Position numbers and translations under genes: made by a program. A stretch of 64,000 nucleotides of DNA, taken from contig JBMYUJ010000001.1 in assembly GCA_049605255.1 (NCBI GenBank), forward strand, positions 25,486 to 89,485. The letters are read 5' to 3'. The stretch comes from Magnetospiraceae bacterium (GTDB taxonomy: Bacteria > Pseudomonadota > Alphaproteobacteria > Rhodospirillales > JBMYUJ01). Below the pieces are notes generated by a model. The model searched no databases. It had not been told where the DNA came from and saw only the letters and a list, made by a program, of their open reading frames with translations. Position 1 is the first letter of the stretch. Each line of letters opens with the position of its first letter. Positions 47,901-57,797 of the stretch are shown piece by piece.

Positions 47901-49472
47901 CTTGATACGGCGGGGATCGCGGGGGTCAATAGCCAGGGGTCGGCGGGGGCAAATGCGGGCGCGTTCTTCGCCTATTTCGATGATCAGGAAGGCCAGCGGG
48001 GCTGGGTATCCCTGTTCGATCGGGCAGGCGATACGCTTTATGCCACCGCGCAAGAGGCCCTGTCGGCGGCCATCGCCGATGTGATCGGCGGCGGGTTTTT
48101 GTCATCTTCCGATCCCCGCATCAACCGGGCCTTGTCGGACGCGTCGGACGCCGGATATTTCGAGGGGCTTGATGGGAACGGGGCGTTGGCCGCCCTGCAA
48201 TCGGTCATCGGGTTCGTCGAGAATTTCGATGATAGTTTGCAAGCCCTGGCGGCGGGTGGGCTCAATTTCGCCGAGGCCATCGGGGTATCGATGCGCGCCG
48301 AGATTAACAAAACCATCTCCAGCCTGGATGCCTTCGTTTCCACCACCGCCGATTTGGGTTTATCGGTCGCCGATGCGCGTATTGCCTCCCGCGAGTTTCT
48401 AGAAGTGTTTTTCGGCCTGCGCGATGCCCCGGCGGCGCTCTCGGCCTATCAGCAGGCCGCCGCCGCCATCGACGCTTTGGAACAAGGTCTGATCGAGGCC
48501 CTGCCGAACTTGCGGGAATTTGGCGCCACCCTTGCCGGGATTGCCGGGGGTGCGGACCGCCAACGCCAGGCCCTGGCCGATCAGTTCAACACGGATACCC
48601 GCAATCAATATTTGGCCCTCACCGATCCGGCGCAGCTCGCGATCGAGGAATTCCTGGGCCAAACATCCGCGCTTTACGAAGACGCCCTGGCCGTGGGCGG
48701 CGATCTCAATTTGGTGCAAGACCTGGTCACGGCGGGGTGGGCGGCCCTTAAAGACGAGCTGGCGGGCACCGGCGAGGCGATCAGCGATGCCGCCAGCGAT
48801 CTTGCCAACTGGCAACGGATCGCCTTGCAGTATCGGCAATTCAGCGCGGGTTTGTTGTTGGATGATGCGTTATCCCCGCTCTCGGCTCGGGGCCGGTTTG
48901 AAGAAGCCCAGCGCCAGTTTCGGGAGGCCGCCGCCAATGCCCGGGGCGGCGATGAAGAAGCCTATCAACGGCTGCTCGAGATCGCCCAGGAATATGGCAC
49001 CGAAGCCCGGAACTATCTGGGGGACAGTGCCCGCTATTTCGAGGTGTTTAACGAAATCCAACAAACCATGGACCGAACCCAAACGTTCGCCGAACGCCAG
49101 GAAAGCATCGCCGCGCGCCAGATGGACGAGCTGACGCGGCAAACCACCGCCCTCGATTCCATCGCCTACACCAACGATCAGATCGTGCAGTCCCTCAATG
49201 ATCTCGCGCGGAATTTCAACCTGCAGGTCTCGGGGGGCACGGTGGTGCCGCGCACCATCTACCCCACCCATATCGCCCCCGATGGCACGAAAACCAAGAT
49301 CGCCCCGCCCGCCGATTACACCCCCAACGCCCTGCCGGGGCTGGTGGCGGGCAGCGGTGCCACGGACCGGAGCGATGAACAACATGCGGAGCTGGTGGGG
49401 GCGGTCAAGACCGTGGCGCAAAAAGTGGGAGAGCTGGATAGCCATATCCGGCAAGGAGCGGCGCGGGCATGA
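44913..49472 (+). CDS. Tail tape measure protein (~1519 aa)
   Basis: Ala-rich; LADAWT..NRL, QLSQA....RAEELNSIMEN; follows chaperones. Confidence 0.92.
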   Translation: MTDYNLKVRLTGDGSQLKAELVGVDKGFDAVEDGAKSAGNTLDAYLQKATSASGGLAVLSQNARQATGRLDSMAETAQRASQSFRAQQRSVSALSGSFGAYTTAQTRAADVGAVTARAAQQARTQFQRYADAVRTAARAANDYATAAIRAERESRRLATAGRNLFREFFNLRNAIVGLGLGLAIRESIELADAWTNAKNRLNIYTTSLAETNEQLSDLFDLSQDARTGLDQTTALFNRLVVAQDSLGASTAQLMVFTEGASKALQLSGANAQSAAGAMLQLSQAIGTDTVRAEELNSIMENSPRLAKAAAEGIERMAGDVGKLRREILAGNVSSNEFFYGILSQVPQLRAEFEKMEITVSAAMTQLRNGLIKFAGGANEATGASKTLVGQIQDLTEWLETAAAQELAADLATLLADGARLAGDAISFLSKNLDELIIAGGALIGLRLGSVFGPWGALIGTAAGATLTWATAIDKATDAHIELERVINKSNALMKVENVTTLHGAEAHLKKARGVREETQAQLELQRTLLKGELAKEDKASGLAYGAIPGLDTPQVVNQLEASDAVKDRLRIIAKLNGELALQDGLIRGLDEQIAHLNVTSVGTFGGGGGSGRLPNGVSKTRDEFEKMRASVDKVFAANKQYREDYDKLVKAYEAGVVTEQEAYDTSIRLAEQRDEALRRAITGQEEHSKATRQSIKDSADYQAVLSEVDAILRDAASVYEATRTPAERYAATVATLNEYLRLGVIDQETHARAVDQAKDAYDRTEEAASRAAERTSEAWKDVSNDISGLFNDALNGNIRSFEDFADRLLEIWNRTALRLAQSEFIEPAAENLFGGLFGDASRSGGPGFNLGSIGNLLGGNSSGFSSIGSLFGLGGGSALAGAGTGAAAIANAGIGGAAIGGQAAGVASLVGSIGAIAAPLAAIAIPLILSQIDNGPRNIYARRYLTTDGNGNLVPDEARSFNWKDQAGADVFAALDELTGAFLDVTGQIESGLRLTLDTAGIAGVNSQGSAGANAGAFFAYFDDQEGQRGWVSLFDRAGDTLYATAQEALSAAIADVIGGGFLSSSDPRINRALSDASDAGYFEGLDGNGALAALQSVIGFVENFDDSLQALAAGGLNFAEAIGVSMRAEINKTISSLDAFVSTTADLGLSVADARIASREFLEVFFGLRDAPAALSAYQQAAAAIDALEQGLIEALPNLREFGATLAGIAGGADRQRQALADQFNTDTRNQYLALTDPAQLAIEEFLGQTSALYEDALAVGGDLNLVQDLVTAGWAALKDELAGTGEAISDAASDLANWQRIALQYRQFSAGLLLDDALSPLSARGRFEEAQRQFREAAANARGGDEEAYQRLLEIAQEYGTEARNYLGDSARYFEVFNEIQQTMDRTQTFAERQESIAARQMDELTRQTTALDSIAYTNDQIVQSLNDLARNFNLQVSGGTVVPRTIYPTHIAPDGTKTKIAPPADYTPNALPGLVAGSGATDRSDEQHAELVGAVKTVAQKVGELDSHIRQGAARA

Positions 49473-50977
49473 TCCTTTATCTCGCGGAAATCGATCATCA
49501 TGATGGGGTTTCCCTCGCCACGTTACGGGTGGCGACAGGCGCCTACACCACGGGCCCGGCGGATGCCCCGGCAAATACCCCGTACCTTCCAAGGCTGTCG
49601 GTACCGGGAAATTTCGGGCGCACCGTCACCGATCAGCAGGCCCGGGCCAATGGCGGGGAAATTCGCCTCGCCAATGCGGATGGCGCCCTTGATTATCTGC
49701 GCGATCACGGCCTGGATGGGCGGCGGCTGCGGCTGCTGAGCATCGCGCCGGGCGCGCCTTACAGCACCGCTGTGATCCGCCTCGAAGGCACCATGGATCA
49801 GCCGTTATTCGAGTGGTCGCAATCCAGCCCGGCGGTGGTGGTGATCCGGATGCGGGACCGCATGGCCGAACTGGCGGAAAAACCGGTGCAGGAAATTTTG
49901 TTCGCGGGCACCACCACGGGCGCGGGCGCGACAGCCGAAGGCAGGCCGGAAGACCTTAAAGGCAAGGTCAAACCCTTGGGCTGGGGGCGGCCCGCCCATG
50001 TAACGCCCGCTTACGCCAATATCTTCGATCATATTTTCGATTTGGGCGGCGGCGCGGCGGATGATCTTTATTCGCGGGGGTATCCGCTCACCTTCGGCGC
50101 CGATCACGGGACCCTCGCTGACCTGCAGGCAGCGAGCCCCGCCGCGGGCACCTACGATACTTGCGATGCGGAAGGATATGCCATGATGGGCACGGCGCCC
50201 ACCGGGATCGTGACCGCCTTTTTGACCTTCGGCGCGAGCGCCGCCGACCGCACCGTGGTCGCCATCATGGAAGACCTGGTCACCGGTCCGGGCGGGATCG
50301 ACCCCGCCGATCTCGATACCGCCGCGCTTTCCGCCCTCGATGTCGCCTGCCCTTACGAGGCGGGCCTGTGGGTCGATACCCCCCGCAGCATCGGCGATCT
50401 TTTGGACGAGCTGGCGGCCTCCATCGGCGCCTATTGGACCTTCGATCGGCTTGGCAAATTCACCGTGGGGCGGATCGATGCGCCAACCGGCGCGCCGGTC
50501 GCCACCATGACCGCCGCCGAGATTTTGGCGATCCGCCGGGTGGCGGGCAGCCTGCCGATCTGGCGGGCGGTGGTGGGGTATGACCGTAACTGGACCGTCC
50601 TTCGGCCCGAAGACGTGGTCGACGCTAATATGGATTTCGAGGCCTGGGCAGGCGTGGAATATCGCACCACGGACCCGGCGGAAGATGGGGCCATCCAAAC
50701 CAAGCATCTGCTGGCGGCAGCGGTGGTGGAAAACACCCTTCTGACCCAACAGGCGGACGCGGATGCGGTGGCGGCCTGGCGCCTCGCGCGGGACAAACAG
50801 GATGTGGATTGGTTGATCGTAACCCTGCCCGCAGACCTTGGCGCCAACATCGATCTTGGCGACGAGATTCGCCTTGATATTCCCCGCTTCGGCATGGCGG
50901 GCGGCAAGGATTTCGTGGTCTATGCCATCAACGAGGAATGGGAATATGGCCGCATCGAGCTGGGGGTGCGCGGCTGA
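49469..50977 (+). CDS. Tail tip/hub protein
   Basis: GEIRLANADGALD, DLKGKVKP..WG; follows tape measure. Confidence 0.65.
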   Translation: MILYLAEIDHHDGVSLATLRVATGAYTTGPADAPANTPYLPRLSVPGNFGRTVTDQQARANGGEIRLANADGALDYLRDHGLDGRRLRLLSIAPGAPYSTAVIRLEGTMDQPLFEWSQSSPAVVVIRMRDRMAELAEKPVQEILFAGTTTGAGATAEGRPEDLKGKVKPLGWGRPAHVTPAYANIFDHIFDLGGGAADDLYSRGYPLTFGADHGTLADLQAASPAAGTYDTCDAEGYAMMGTAPTGIVTAFLTFGASAADRTVVAIMEDLVTGPGGIDPADLDTAALSALDVACPYEAGLWVDTPRSIGDLLDELAASIGAYWTFDRLGKFTVGRIDAPTGAPVATMTAAEILAIRRVAGSLPIWRAVVGYDRNWTVLRPEDVVDANMDFEAWAGVEYRTTDPAEDGAIQTKHLLAAAVVENTLLTQQADADAVAAWRLARDKQDVDWLIVTLPADLGANIDLGDEIRLDIPRFGMAGGKDFVVYAINEEWEYGRIELGVRG

Positions 50978-51858
50978 TGGGTAAGGCGATCCTGGCGCTC
51001 CCCGACTGGCTTCAAGCCGACCCTGATTTCGCGACCATCGCCTATTCCGGCGGGTCCTGGGTTCTGCCTGCATCCAATGTGGGCGATCCGTTCCTCGCCA
51101 CTATCGCCAGGTCGACCGATCTTGACCCGGCCTCGACCCAAATGGATATCGATCTGGGGCGGCGGCGGAGCGTGAAAGTGGTGGCGATCCCCGATCACAC
51201 CATTTCCCGGGCCGGAAAAATCCGCCTGCGCGCCGCCACCGATGCCGCCTTTACCGATGTGCTGGACGATACGGGCTGGGTCGATGTATGGCCCATCGTG
51301 GATCCGTGGGACACCCGGGAATGGCTGTCGGACACCTTCTGGGATGGCAAGATCACCGACGAAGAGGCCGCCACCTACAAGATCGGCTGGGTGCATGTGA
51401 CTGCCCAAACCATCTACCCCCAATTCTTGCGCCTTGAAATCGATGATCAGACCAATCCGGCGGGGGTGATCGATCTCGCCCGGCTGATCGCGGCGCCGGG
51501 CTGGCAGGTGGGGGCCGGGCCCGGCGAAGGGGTTTCCTGGCCGGTGGATTTCGGGATCGAGGACAATTCCCCGAAACAGGTTTCCCTCGGCAATGTGCAG
51601 TATTCGGAAAAACGCCCGATCCGGCGGCGGGTGCGCTTTACAGCCGATTTTTTGCGCGAAGACGAAACCTTTGCCAAGGCCTTCGAGGCGCTGCGGCGCA
51701 TGGGTGAAACGGACAGCCTTTATTTCGTGTTCGACCCAGACGATGCCATTCACGGCCATCGCCGATCTTTCCTCGCCACCCTCGCCCGGCTGGGCGATGT
51801 GCGCATGACCCGTGGCCGCTACGGGCAAGTCCGCATCGAGCTTTTGGAGACCCTTTAA
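50977..51858 (+). CDS. Distal tail protein with beta-sandwich domain
   Basis: IDLG, DTGWVDVWP, LRLEIDD..NP.G.IDL.RL. Confidence 0.6.
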   Translation: MGKAILALPDWLQADPDFATIAYSGGSWVLPASNVGDPFLATIARSTDLDPASTQMDIDLGRRRSVKVVAIPDHTISRAGKIRLRAATDAAFTDVLDDTGWVDVWPIVDPWDTREWLSDTFWDGKITDEEAATYKIGWVHVTAQTIYPQFLRLEIDDQTNPAGVIDLARLIAAPGWQVGAGPGEGVSWPVDFGIEDNSPKQVSLGNVQYSEKRPIRRRVRFTADFLREDETFAKAFEALRRMGETDSLYFVFDPDDAIHGHRRSFLATLARLGDVRMTRGRYGQVRIELLETL

Positions 51859-51860
51859 AG

Positions 51861-52709
51861 ATGGTTGAAATCACCGTTAACGGCACCCCCTGGACCTTCC
51901 CCGATGATTTTACGGGCGGGCAACATGCGGATAATTTCCCCGCCATGGTGGGCGATCTCTTGGCGGATACGAGCCGGGTGCCGTCAGGCACCTCGTTGAC
52001 CGCCAACACCATCGGCACCGGTGCGAAAACCTTCACGCTGGCCGAAGACCGGCCCTTGCACGTGGGCGGCCTCGTGGTGGTGGCCGATGCGGCGGCGCCG
52101 GGGGCGAACAGGATGTATGGCACCATCACCGCCCGGGCCGGGCTTGATATCACCGTCACCGTCACCGATGCGGAAGGCGCTGGCACCAAGGCCAACTGGA
52201 CCATCAACGCCACGGGATTACGCGGCCCTGCAGGGGGCGAACAGGTGGGGGTGTCGGCCACCGATACCACGCCTGGAACCCTGGACGCCAAGATCGCGGC
52301 GGGTGCCAATATTTCCCTCGACACCCTGAACCCGGGCGCGAACGAGGTTTTGGAGGTTTCTTTGGCCGCTGAACTTAAGGGCGTGACCGATAAGGTGGCC
52401 TCCGTGGCGTCCGTTTCCGGCGTTGTCACTTTGGATTGCAGCACCGCCCATGAATTCACCACGGCGCTGGCGGAAGACGTGACCAGCATCGTCTTTACCA
52501 ATGTGCCCGCCACGGGGGCTTTTTCCATCCTGTGGGATATCACCCAAGATGCCATCGTGCGGGCGATCACCTGGCCCGCAGCCGTGTTGGCGCCGGACGG
52601 CTCTTTCCCCGCCCTCGACGTGGCGAGCGGCAAATATGCGGTGCTTTTGCGCACGCTCGATGGCGGCACCACCTGGTTCCTCAACGAGCTGTCGGGGGAT
52701 TATCAATGA
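51861..52709 (+). CDS. Tail fibre/adaptor protein
   Basis: IGTGAKTFTL, G.RGPAG, ITWPA.V, T.DGGTTW. Confidence 0.65.
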   Translation: MVEITVNGTPWTFPDDFTGGQHADNFPAMVGDLLADTSRVPSGTSLTANTIGTGAKTFTLAEDRPLHVGGLVVVADAAAPGANRMYGTITARAGLDITVTVTDAEGAGTKANWTINATGLRGPAGGEQVGVSATDTTPGTLDAKIAAGANISLDTLNPGANEVLEVSLAAELKGVTDKVASVASVSGVVTLDCSTAHEFTTALAEDVTSIVFTNVPATGAFSILWDITQDAIVRAITWPAAVLAPDGSFPALDVASGKYAVLLRTLDGGTTWFLNELSGDYQ

Positions 52710-53449
52710 GCCGCGCCGCCGCCCGCGTCGCCGCCGCGACCCAAGGCCCCAAGGGCCCCGCCATGCGATTCACGGGTTCCCAATATCTGGTGGTGCCGGA
52801 ATTTGACACCAATACCGCCACCGCCTTTATCGTTTCCTTTTGGCTGCGGCTCACCGCCGAACCGGCGGGAGATGAACATATTTTCACCATGGATGCAGGC
52901 GGCGCGGTGCCCAGCTCCCACGCCATCAGGATCGGGACCAACAAGCGCCTCACCTATGTTCTGACGAATTCCAACGGCAATGGCCTGGGGAGCTGGCAAT
53001 CCAGCATCTTGACCGTGGGGCTTTGGTATCATTTCCTGATCCGGCCCAAGAAAGGCGCGGCCACCACCCAATATGTGAGCGAGGTGGGGTCCTCGAAAAC
53101 CTGGTTATCCCAAACCGGCGCGCCCCCTGCGGCGCGGGAATGCGTGATCGGCGGCAACCATAATGATGGCGGCGCCATTCTCGATCTGCTCACCTCCGCC
53201 GATTTGGCCGATTTTTATTTCAACCCCGTGGACCTCGATACCACCCTAGTCGCCAACCGGCGGGAATTTTCCACGGACGAAGGCAAGATGGTCGATTTGG
53301 GGGATGCGGGCGAAAACCCAACTGGCGCCAGCCCCTATCTCTATTTCCGCGATCCCACCGATTGGCAAACCGGCCTCAACCGGGGCTATGGCGACAATGC
53401 GGCGGTGACCGGCAGCCTCAAACCCGCCCCCGGCATTCCGAACTATTAA
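52706..53449 (+). CDS. LamG/concanavalin-like tail protein
   Basis: VSFWLR, GLWYHF beta-sandwich motifs. Confidence 0.55.
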   Translation: MSRAAARVAAATQGPKGPAMRFTGSQYLVVPEFDTNTATAFIVSFWLRLTAEPAGDEHIFTMDAGGAVPSSHAIRIGTNKRLTYVLTNSNGNGLGSWQSSILTVGLWYHFLIRPKKGAATTQYVSEVGSSKTWLSQTGAPPAARECVIGGNHNDGGAILDLLTSADLADFYFNPVDLDTTLVANRREFSTDEGKMVDLGDAGENPTGASPYLYFRDPTDWQTGLNRGYGDNAAVTGSLKPAPGIPNY

Positions 53450-53463
53450 AGGACGTCTCACCA

Positions 53464-53997
53464 ATGCAAACCGGCCTTTTTTATACCATCAACGACGGCG
53501 CCATCGTCTTGGGCCCGGTGCGCCTGCCCGCCACCTGGAAAACGCCGGACGGCAAAACCATCACCGGCTTCCGGCATCTCACGCTTGCCAAGCTCAAAGC
53601 CTTGGGCTGGCTGCCAGAAACCCGGATCACCGCGCAGCCGCAAATCGGCCAACGCCGCGGCGCGGATCAGATCGTGATCGGCGCCGATGAGGTCAGCGTG
53701 ACCGAAACCCTGGAGGCCCGACCAGGCCCGGAGATCGCCGCCGGGATCAAGACGGAGGCGAACCGGCGAATCACCGCGATTTACCCGGAATGGCAACAGC
53801 GGAACATGCTCGCCCGGGGGCTCGAACTGCAAAATATCGGGCCCGGCAACTGGACCCAATCCGAGGCGGACGAAGTGGCCGCGATCCAGGCCGCTTGGGG
53901 CTGGATCAAATCGATCCGGACCAATTCAAACGCCCTCGAAGGCAGCCCGCCCGCCGATTTCGATAACGATACCCATTGGCCCGCCAACCCGGCCTGA
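53464..53997 (+). CDS. Tail-fibre-associated protein
   Basis: LKALGWLP, IKTEANRRI...PEWQQRN, W.WI..IR..SN.LE, D.HWP. Confidence 0.6.
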   Translation: MQTGLFYTINDGAIVLGPVRLPATWKTPDGKTITGFRHLTLAKLKALGWLPETRITAQPQIGQRRGADQIVIGADEVSVTETLEARPGPEIAAGIKTEANRRITAIYPEWQQRNMLARGLELQNIGPGNWTQSEADEVAAIQAAWGWIKSIRTNSNALEGSPPADFDNDTHWPANPA

Positions 53998-54006
53998 TAG
54001 GAGGAC

Positions 54007-54246
54007 ATGATGGCTCTAAATGCCGATCAGCAACAAGCGGTCGCCGCGGCGTTTATCGCCATGGTCAACCATGACCGCGACCCGGTGACCCTTTCGCCCG
54101 ACGAGATCGCTGCCAAAGTGCAGGATTTCGACCTCGCCATCGAAGGCTTTATCGCCACCGTCAACGATATGGATCTATCCGAGCGCCAACAGGATTGGCT
54201 TCTCCGGCAGATCGCCCATAAGCGCTACGAGGTGAAACATGGCTAG
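54007..54246 (+). CDS. Hypothetical protein
   Basis: AGGAGG SD, 79 aa. Confidence 0.6.
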   Translation: MMALNADQQQAVAAAFIAMVNHDRDPVTLSPDEIAAKVQDFDLAIEGFIATVNDMDLSERQQDWLLRQIAHKRYEVKHG

Positions 54247-54727
54247 TGGAGACCTGATCGTCCGTTTTGGCCCCAAAGATGCAGACCCGCCCACGGCGAG
54301 CTTTGCCACCTTCGATTTGCGCAACGCCCGACCGGTGATTGATTTCGCGATCGGCGAAAGCGTCCATTTCGCCGATGTGCTGGGCGATTGGTACGCAGGG
54401 GGTGGCCTGACCGTCACCGTGCATTTTGCCATGAGCGCCGCCATTTCCAACAGCATCCGGCTGGAAGCCGCGTTCGAGCGGATTGGTGTTGGTGTGCAAG
54501 ACCTGGATGCGGATGGCTTCGCGGCGGCGAAAAACAGCGGCGATGTGGTGGTGCCGGGCACAAGTGGCCTGATCGGTACGGCGGTTATCACCTTCGCCAA
54601 CGGGGCGGAGATCGACAGCTTGGTCGCGGGGGAAAGCTTCCGTTTGATCCTGACCCGGATCGCCGCCGGAGGCACCGATGCCACCGGCGATCTCGAACTC
54701 CACCGCATCGATATCGAAGAGACCTAA
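54239..54727 (+). CDS. Beta-sandwich virion protein
   Basis: Beta-rich; DSLVAGESFRLILTR...D.TGD. Confidence 0.55.
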   Translation: MASGDLIVRFGPKDADPPTASFATFDLRNARPVIDFAIGESVHFADVLGDWYAGGGLTVTVHFAMSAAISNSIRLEAAFERIGVGVQDLDADGFAAAKNSGDVVVPGTSGLIGTAVITFANGAEIDSLVAGESFRLILTRIAAGGTDATGDLELHRIDIEET

Positions 54728-54739
54728 AGGGGGCGGGCG

Positions 54740-57211
54740 ATGGCGCTGCGGCTGGGATCAACGGGCTCTGCCCGGGTTAATTTCGGCGATCCGCCCATCG
54801 GCGGCGCGTCCGCGATCTCTGTTGCTCTTACCGTAAAACCCGCAGGCGCCATCAACGAATATCGCCTGCTCAACCAGTTCCTCTCGGGTGGCAATTACGG
54901 CATCTTAATCCGCATTTTAGATGTCGACGAGGTTGGGTTTTTGGTCTCGGGGAACGGCTATACCAGCCAATCCTACGGGCTGAAAACCCAAACCCTCAAC
55001 ATCGCCACCGATCAGGTTTATCGCATGCTGTGGCGGTGGAGCGCGCCTTCCACCATGAGCCTGTGGATCAACGGCGTTGATTGGACCGCCGACCTCACCA
55101 CCTGGATCATCAACGGCACAGTACCTGATATCCATGATAGCCCCGCCGACCTGGAGCTGGGCTACGATGTCTCCGCAGGGACCGGCCAAGATGGCGATTA
55201 TGCGGAATTCGCCATGTGGACTGAAAGCGTGCCCGACAAGATCGCTGCCGCCTATACACGCGGGCAAACCATCGGCCATTACCGCACCGCGAACAGCGTC
55301 ATCTACGCGCCGCTGGTGAATACAAGCCATCTGGTCGATCGCTGGAAAGGGTCCTCCCCCGCCAATGTGGGGGGCAGTAATGCCCGCCATCCTCGGATCT
55401 ATTTCACCACCGCCGCGCAGGCTTTCCCGCCGCCGATCCCCAGCGGCCTCACGCCGATCTCCGAGACCCTCACCGCGCCGTGGGATACCCGCGCCGCCCT
55501 TACCGAGGCGCTGTCCGCCCAGTTTGATCTGTGGGCAAATCTCTCCGAATCGGAGACCTTGTTATGGGATAACCGGGCCGCCATCGCCGAAGCCTTCACC
55601 GCCCTGTGGGATGCGGAGCAGACCCTTTCCGAAACCCTGAACGCGCCGTTCGATACCCGCGTCGCCATCGCCGAAGCCCTTGCCGTCCGCTATGATCTGC
55701 TGACCGCATTAGCCGAAACCACCACCCTTTCCTGGGATGCCCGTGCCGCCCTGATCGAAGCGATCACCGCGCGCTGGGATGTGGTAGCGAAGATCAACGA
55801 GACCCTTTCCGCGCCTTACGATATCGCAGGCACAAGCGAATCTCTGCCACCCAACACCCTGTTGGATCAGACCAACCTCTCGGGCGCTTTGGCGGATATC
55901 GACGAAGACCCGGCGGGCCCCGATGGCGCCTGGCTTACCGCCGCGTCGGATAACGTGGATTCCATCTGCCGCACCGGCTTTCCCACCCCCGCGGCCGACC
56001 TGCAGACCGGGGCGAATTTGCAGACCTTCCGGGCCTGGGTGCGGGTTACGGCCAATGCCAGCGCCATCGATTTTAATATGTATCTCTATGAGGCCGGATC
56101 GATCCTGAACGGCGGCGCGCCCATCGCCACCCTGAACACCGCCAGCACCTCTGGCGTGCTGATCACCGGCACCTGGAATGCGGCCCTGTTGGCCGATATT
56201 TCCGGCGCCGATGTGGAAGTAGAGATCGTCGCCACCAAATCGGGCGGTTCGCCCGCCGCCCGCACCACTGGCGAGGTGGGTGCCATCGCCTGGGATGTGG
56301 CTCTGACCAACGGATTAACGCCGATCTCCGAAACCTTGAGCGTACCTTTTGATACCCGCGCCGCCATTTCGGAGCTGCTGGACGCCCGCTGGGATGATTT
56401 CGCAGCCATCGCAGAATCAGTAGCGCTCTCCTGGGATACCCGCGAGCAGCTCGCCGAAAATATTGCCGCCGCCTGGGATACCCGCGCCGCCTTGGTGGAG
56501 ACCACCGCCATTCCTTATGACGTATTCGCTGGTGTTCTCGAGACCCTGAGCGCCCAATGGGACAGCCGCGCCGCCCTCGCAGAGACCACCACCGCGCCCT
56601 GGGACGTGGCGGCCACCGTTTCCGAGGTCTTGACCGCCCTGTGGGACGGCGCCGGGGTCATCTCCGAGACCCTAACGGCCCCTTACGATATCGCCCCCGC
56701 GCCGGGGCAGATCAGCGAGACCTTAGGGGTGTCATTCGATATCCGCGAAGGGATCAGCGAAACCACCGCCGTGCCCTTCGATACCTTGGCGGCCCTGACC
56801 GAGGCGGTGCAGCTCCTGTTCGATACCCGCCAGGTGATCTCTGAGACCGAGACCCTGCCCTGGGACGTGGCGGGGGTCTTGACCGAGACCTTCACCGCCC
56901 GCTGGGATGCGCGCCAGGCCCTGGCCGAAATGCTGGCATCCAGCGCCGATATCCGAGAGGAGATCACCGAGGTCCTAACCGCCCGCGCGGATATCCGGGC
57001 CAATATCGGCGAAACGGTCGATATCCGCTGGGACTCCGGCGGCGTGTTGGGCGAAACCCTGACCCTTAAATTTTCTATTGATGGCCTGCCCACCGGCATC
57101 GTGATCCGCAGCCCGATCATCGCCCCGGCGGGCCCCGGCACCCTGATGGCGCCGGGCGGTCCTGGCATTCTCGTGCCCGGGCCGGACAACACCACCTTCG
57201 CCATGGCTTAA
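54740..57211 (+). CDS. Fibre protein: LamG-like head plus 27 x 14-aa repeats
   Basis: N-terminal beta-sandwich; repeats [ILV]xExxxxx[WFY]Dxxxx in three blocks of nine. Confidence 0.75.
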   Translation: MALRLGSTGSARVNFGDPPIGGASAISVALTVKPAGAINEYRLLNQFLSGGNYGILIRILDVDEVGFLVSGNGYTSQSYGLKTQTLNIATDQVYRMLWRWSAPSTMSLWINGVDWTADLTTWIINGTVPDIHDSPADLELGYDVSAGTGQDGDYAEFAMWTESVPDKIAAAYTRGQTIGHYRTANSVIYAPLVNTSHLVDRWKGSSPANVGGSNARHPRIYFTTAAQAFPPPIPSGLTPISETLTAPWDTRAALTEALSAQFDLWANLSESETLLWDNRAAIAEAFTALWDAEQTLSETLNAPFDTRVAIAEALAVRYDLLTALAETTTLSWDARAALIEAITARWDVVAKINETLSAPYDIAGTSESLPPNTLLDQTNLSGALADIDEDPAGPDGAWLTAASDNVDSICRTGFPTPAADLQTGANLQTFRAWVRVTANASAIDFNMYLYEAGSILNGGAPIATLNTASTSGVLITGTWNAALLADISGADVEVEIVATKSGGSPAARTTGEVGAIAWDVALTNGLTPISETLSVPFDTRAAISELLDARWDDFAAIAESVALSWDTREQLAENIAAAWDTRAALVETTAIPYDVFAGVLETLSAQWDSRAALAETTTAPWDVAATVSEVLTALWDGAGVISETLTAPYDIAPAPGQISETLGVSFDIREGISETTAVPFDTLAALTEAVQLLFDTRQVISETETLPWDVAGVLTETFTARWDARQALAEMLASSADIREEITEVLTARADIRANIGETVDIRWDSGGVLGETLTLKFSIDGLPTGIVIRSPIIAPAGPGTLMAPGGPGILVPGPDNTTFAMA

Positions 57212-57230
57212 CCAAAAGGAGACCTTCGCC

Positions 57231-57737
57231 ATGCCCCTCACGTTAGCGGATATCAACTGGTTCTTGGGCGGCGGCGCCGCCAATGCGGACCCCAACGCCT
57301 CGCTCGGCGGCGCCATCTCCAATACGGAGATCGTGGATGCGACCGACAATAATCTTTTTGATGATGTCTCCGGCGCGGAAGGCGCGGCGGGGGATGTGGA
57401 ATACCGCCTGATGTTCCTCAAAAACGAAGACGACACCCTGACCTTGCAAAACGCGTCGATCTATATCGACACGAACACGCCGTCGGGCGATTCCAACGTC
57501 CGGATCGGGCTTGATCCGACCGGGAAAAACGGCACGCCCACCACAATCGCCGATGAGGGCACCGCCCCCGCCGGTGTGGTTTTTTCCGAGCCCACCCAAG
57601 GCGCCCCACTGGCCATCACAGACCTCGGACCGGGTGAGTTTTATCCGGTATGGGTGGAACGCACGATCACTGCGGGCGCCGCCGCCTATAACGCGGATAA
57701 TGTTCAGTTCGCCTGGCAGGGTGAAACCGCCGCCTAA
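57231..57737 (+). CDS. Conserved virion structural protein
   Basis: SLGGAIS, NNLFDDVS..E..AGDVEYR, PVWVERT. Confidence 0.65.
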   Translation: MPLTLADINWFLGGGAANADPNASLGGAISNTEIVDATDNNLFDDVSGAEGAAGDVEYRLMFLKNEDDTLTLQNASIYIDTNTPSGDSNVRIGLDPTGKNGTPTTIADEGTAPAGVVFSEPTQGAPLAITDLGPGEFYPVWVERTITAGAAAYNADNVQFAWQGETAA

Positions 57738-57797
57738 GCCGCCGCCCCCAGCCGGGTCCGCCCGGCGAGGGTAAACAGTAATAAAAAGGAGGTTATC

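Noticed and set aside
51861-57211. Mu G-segment-type invertible tail-fibre cassette
   Set aside because: All genes are co-oriented; no Gin-like invertase or flanking inverted repeats were found.
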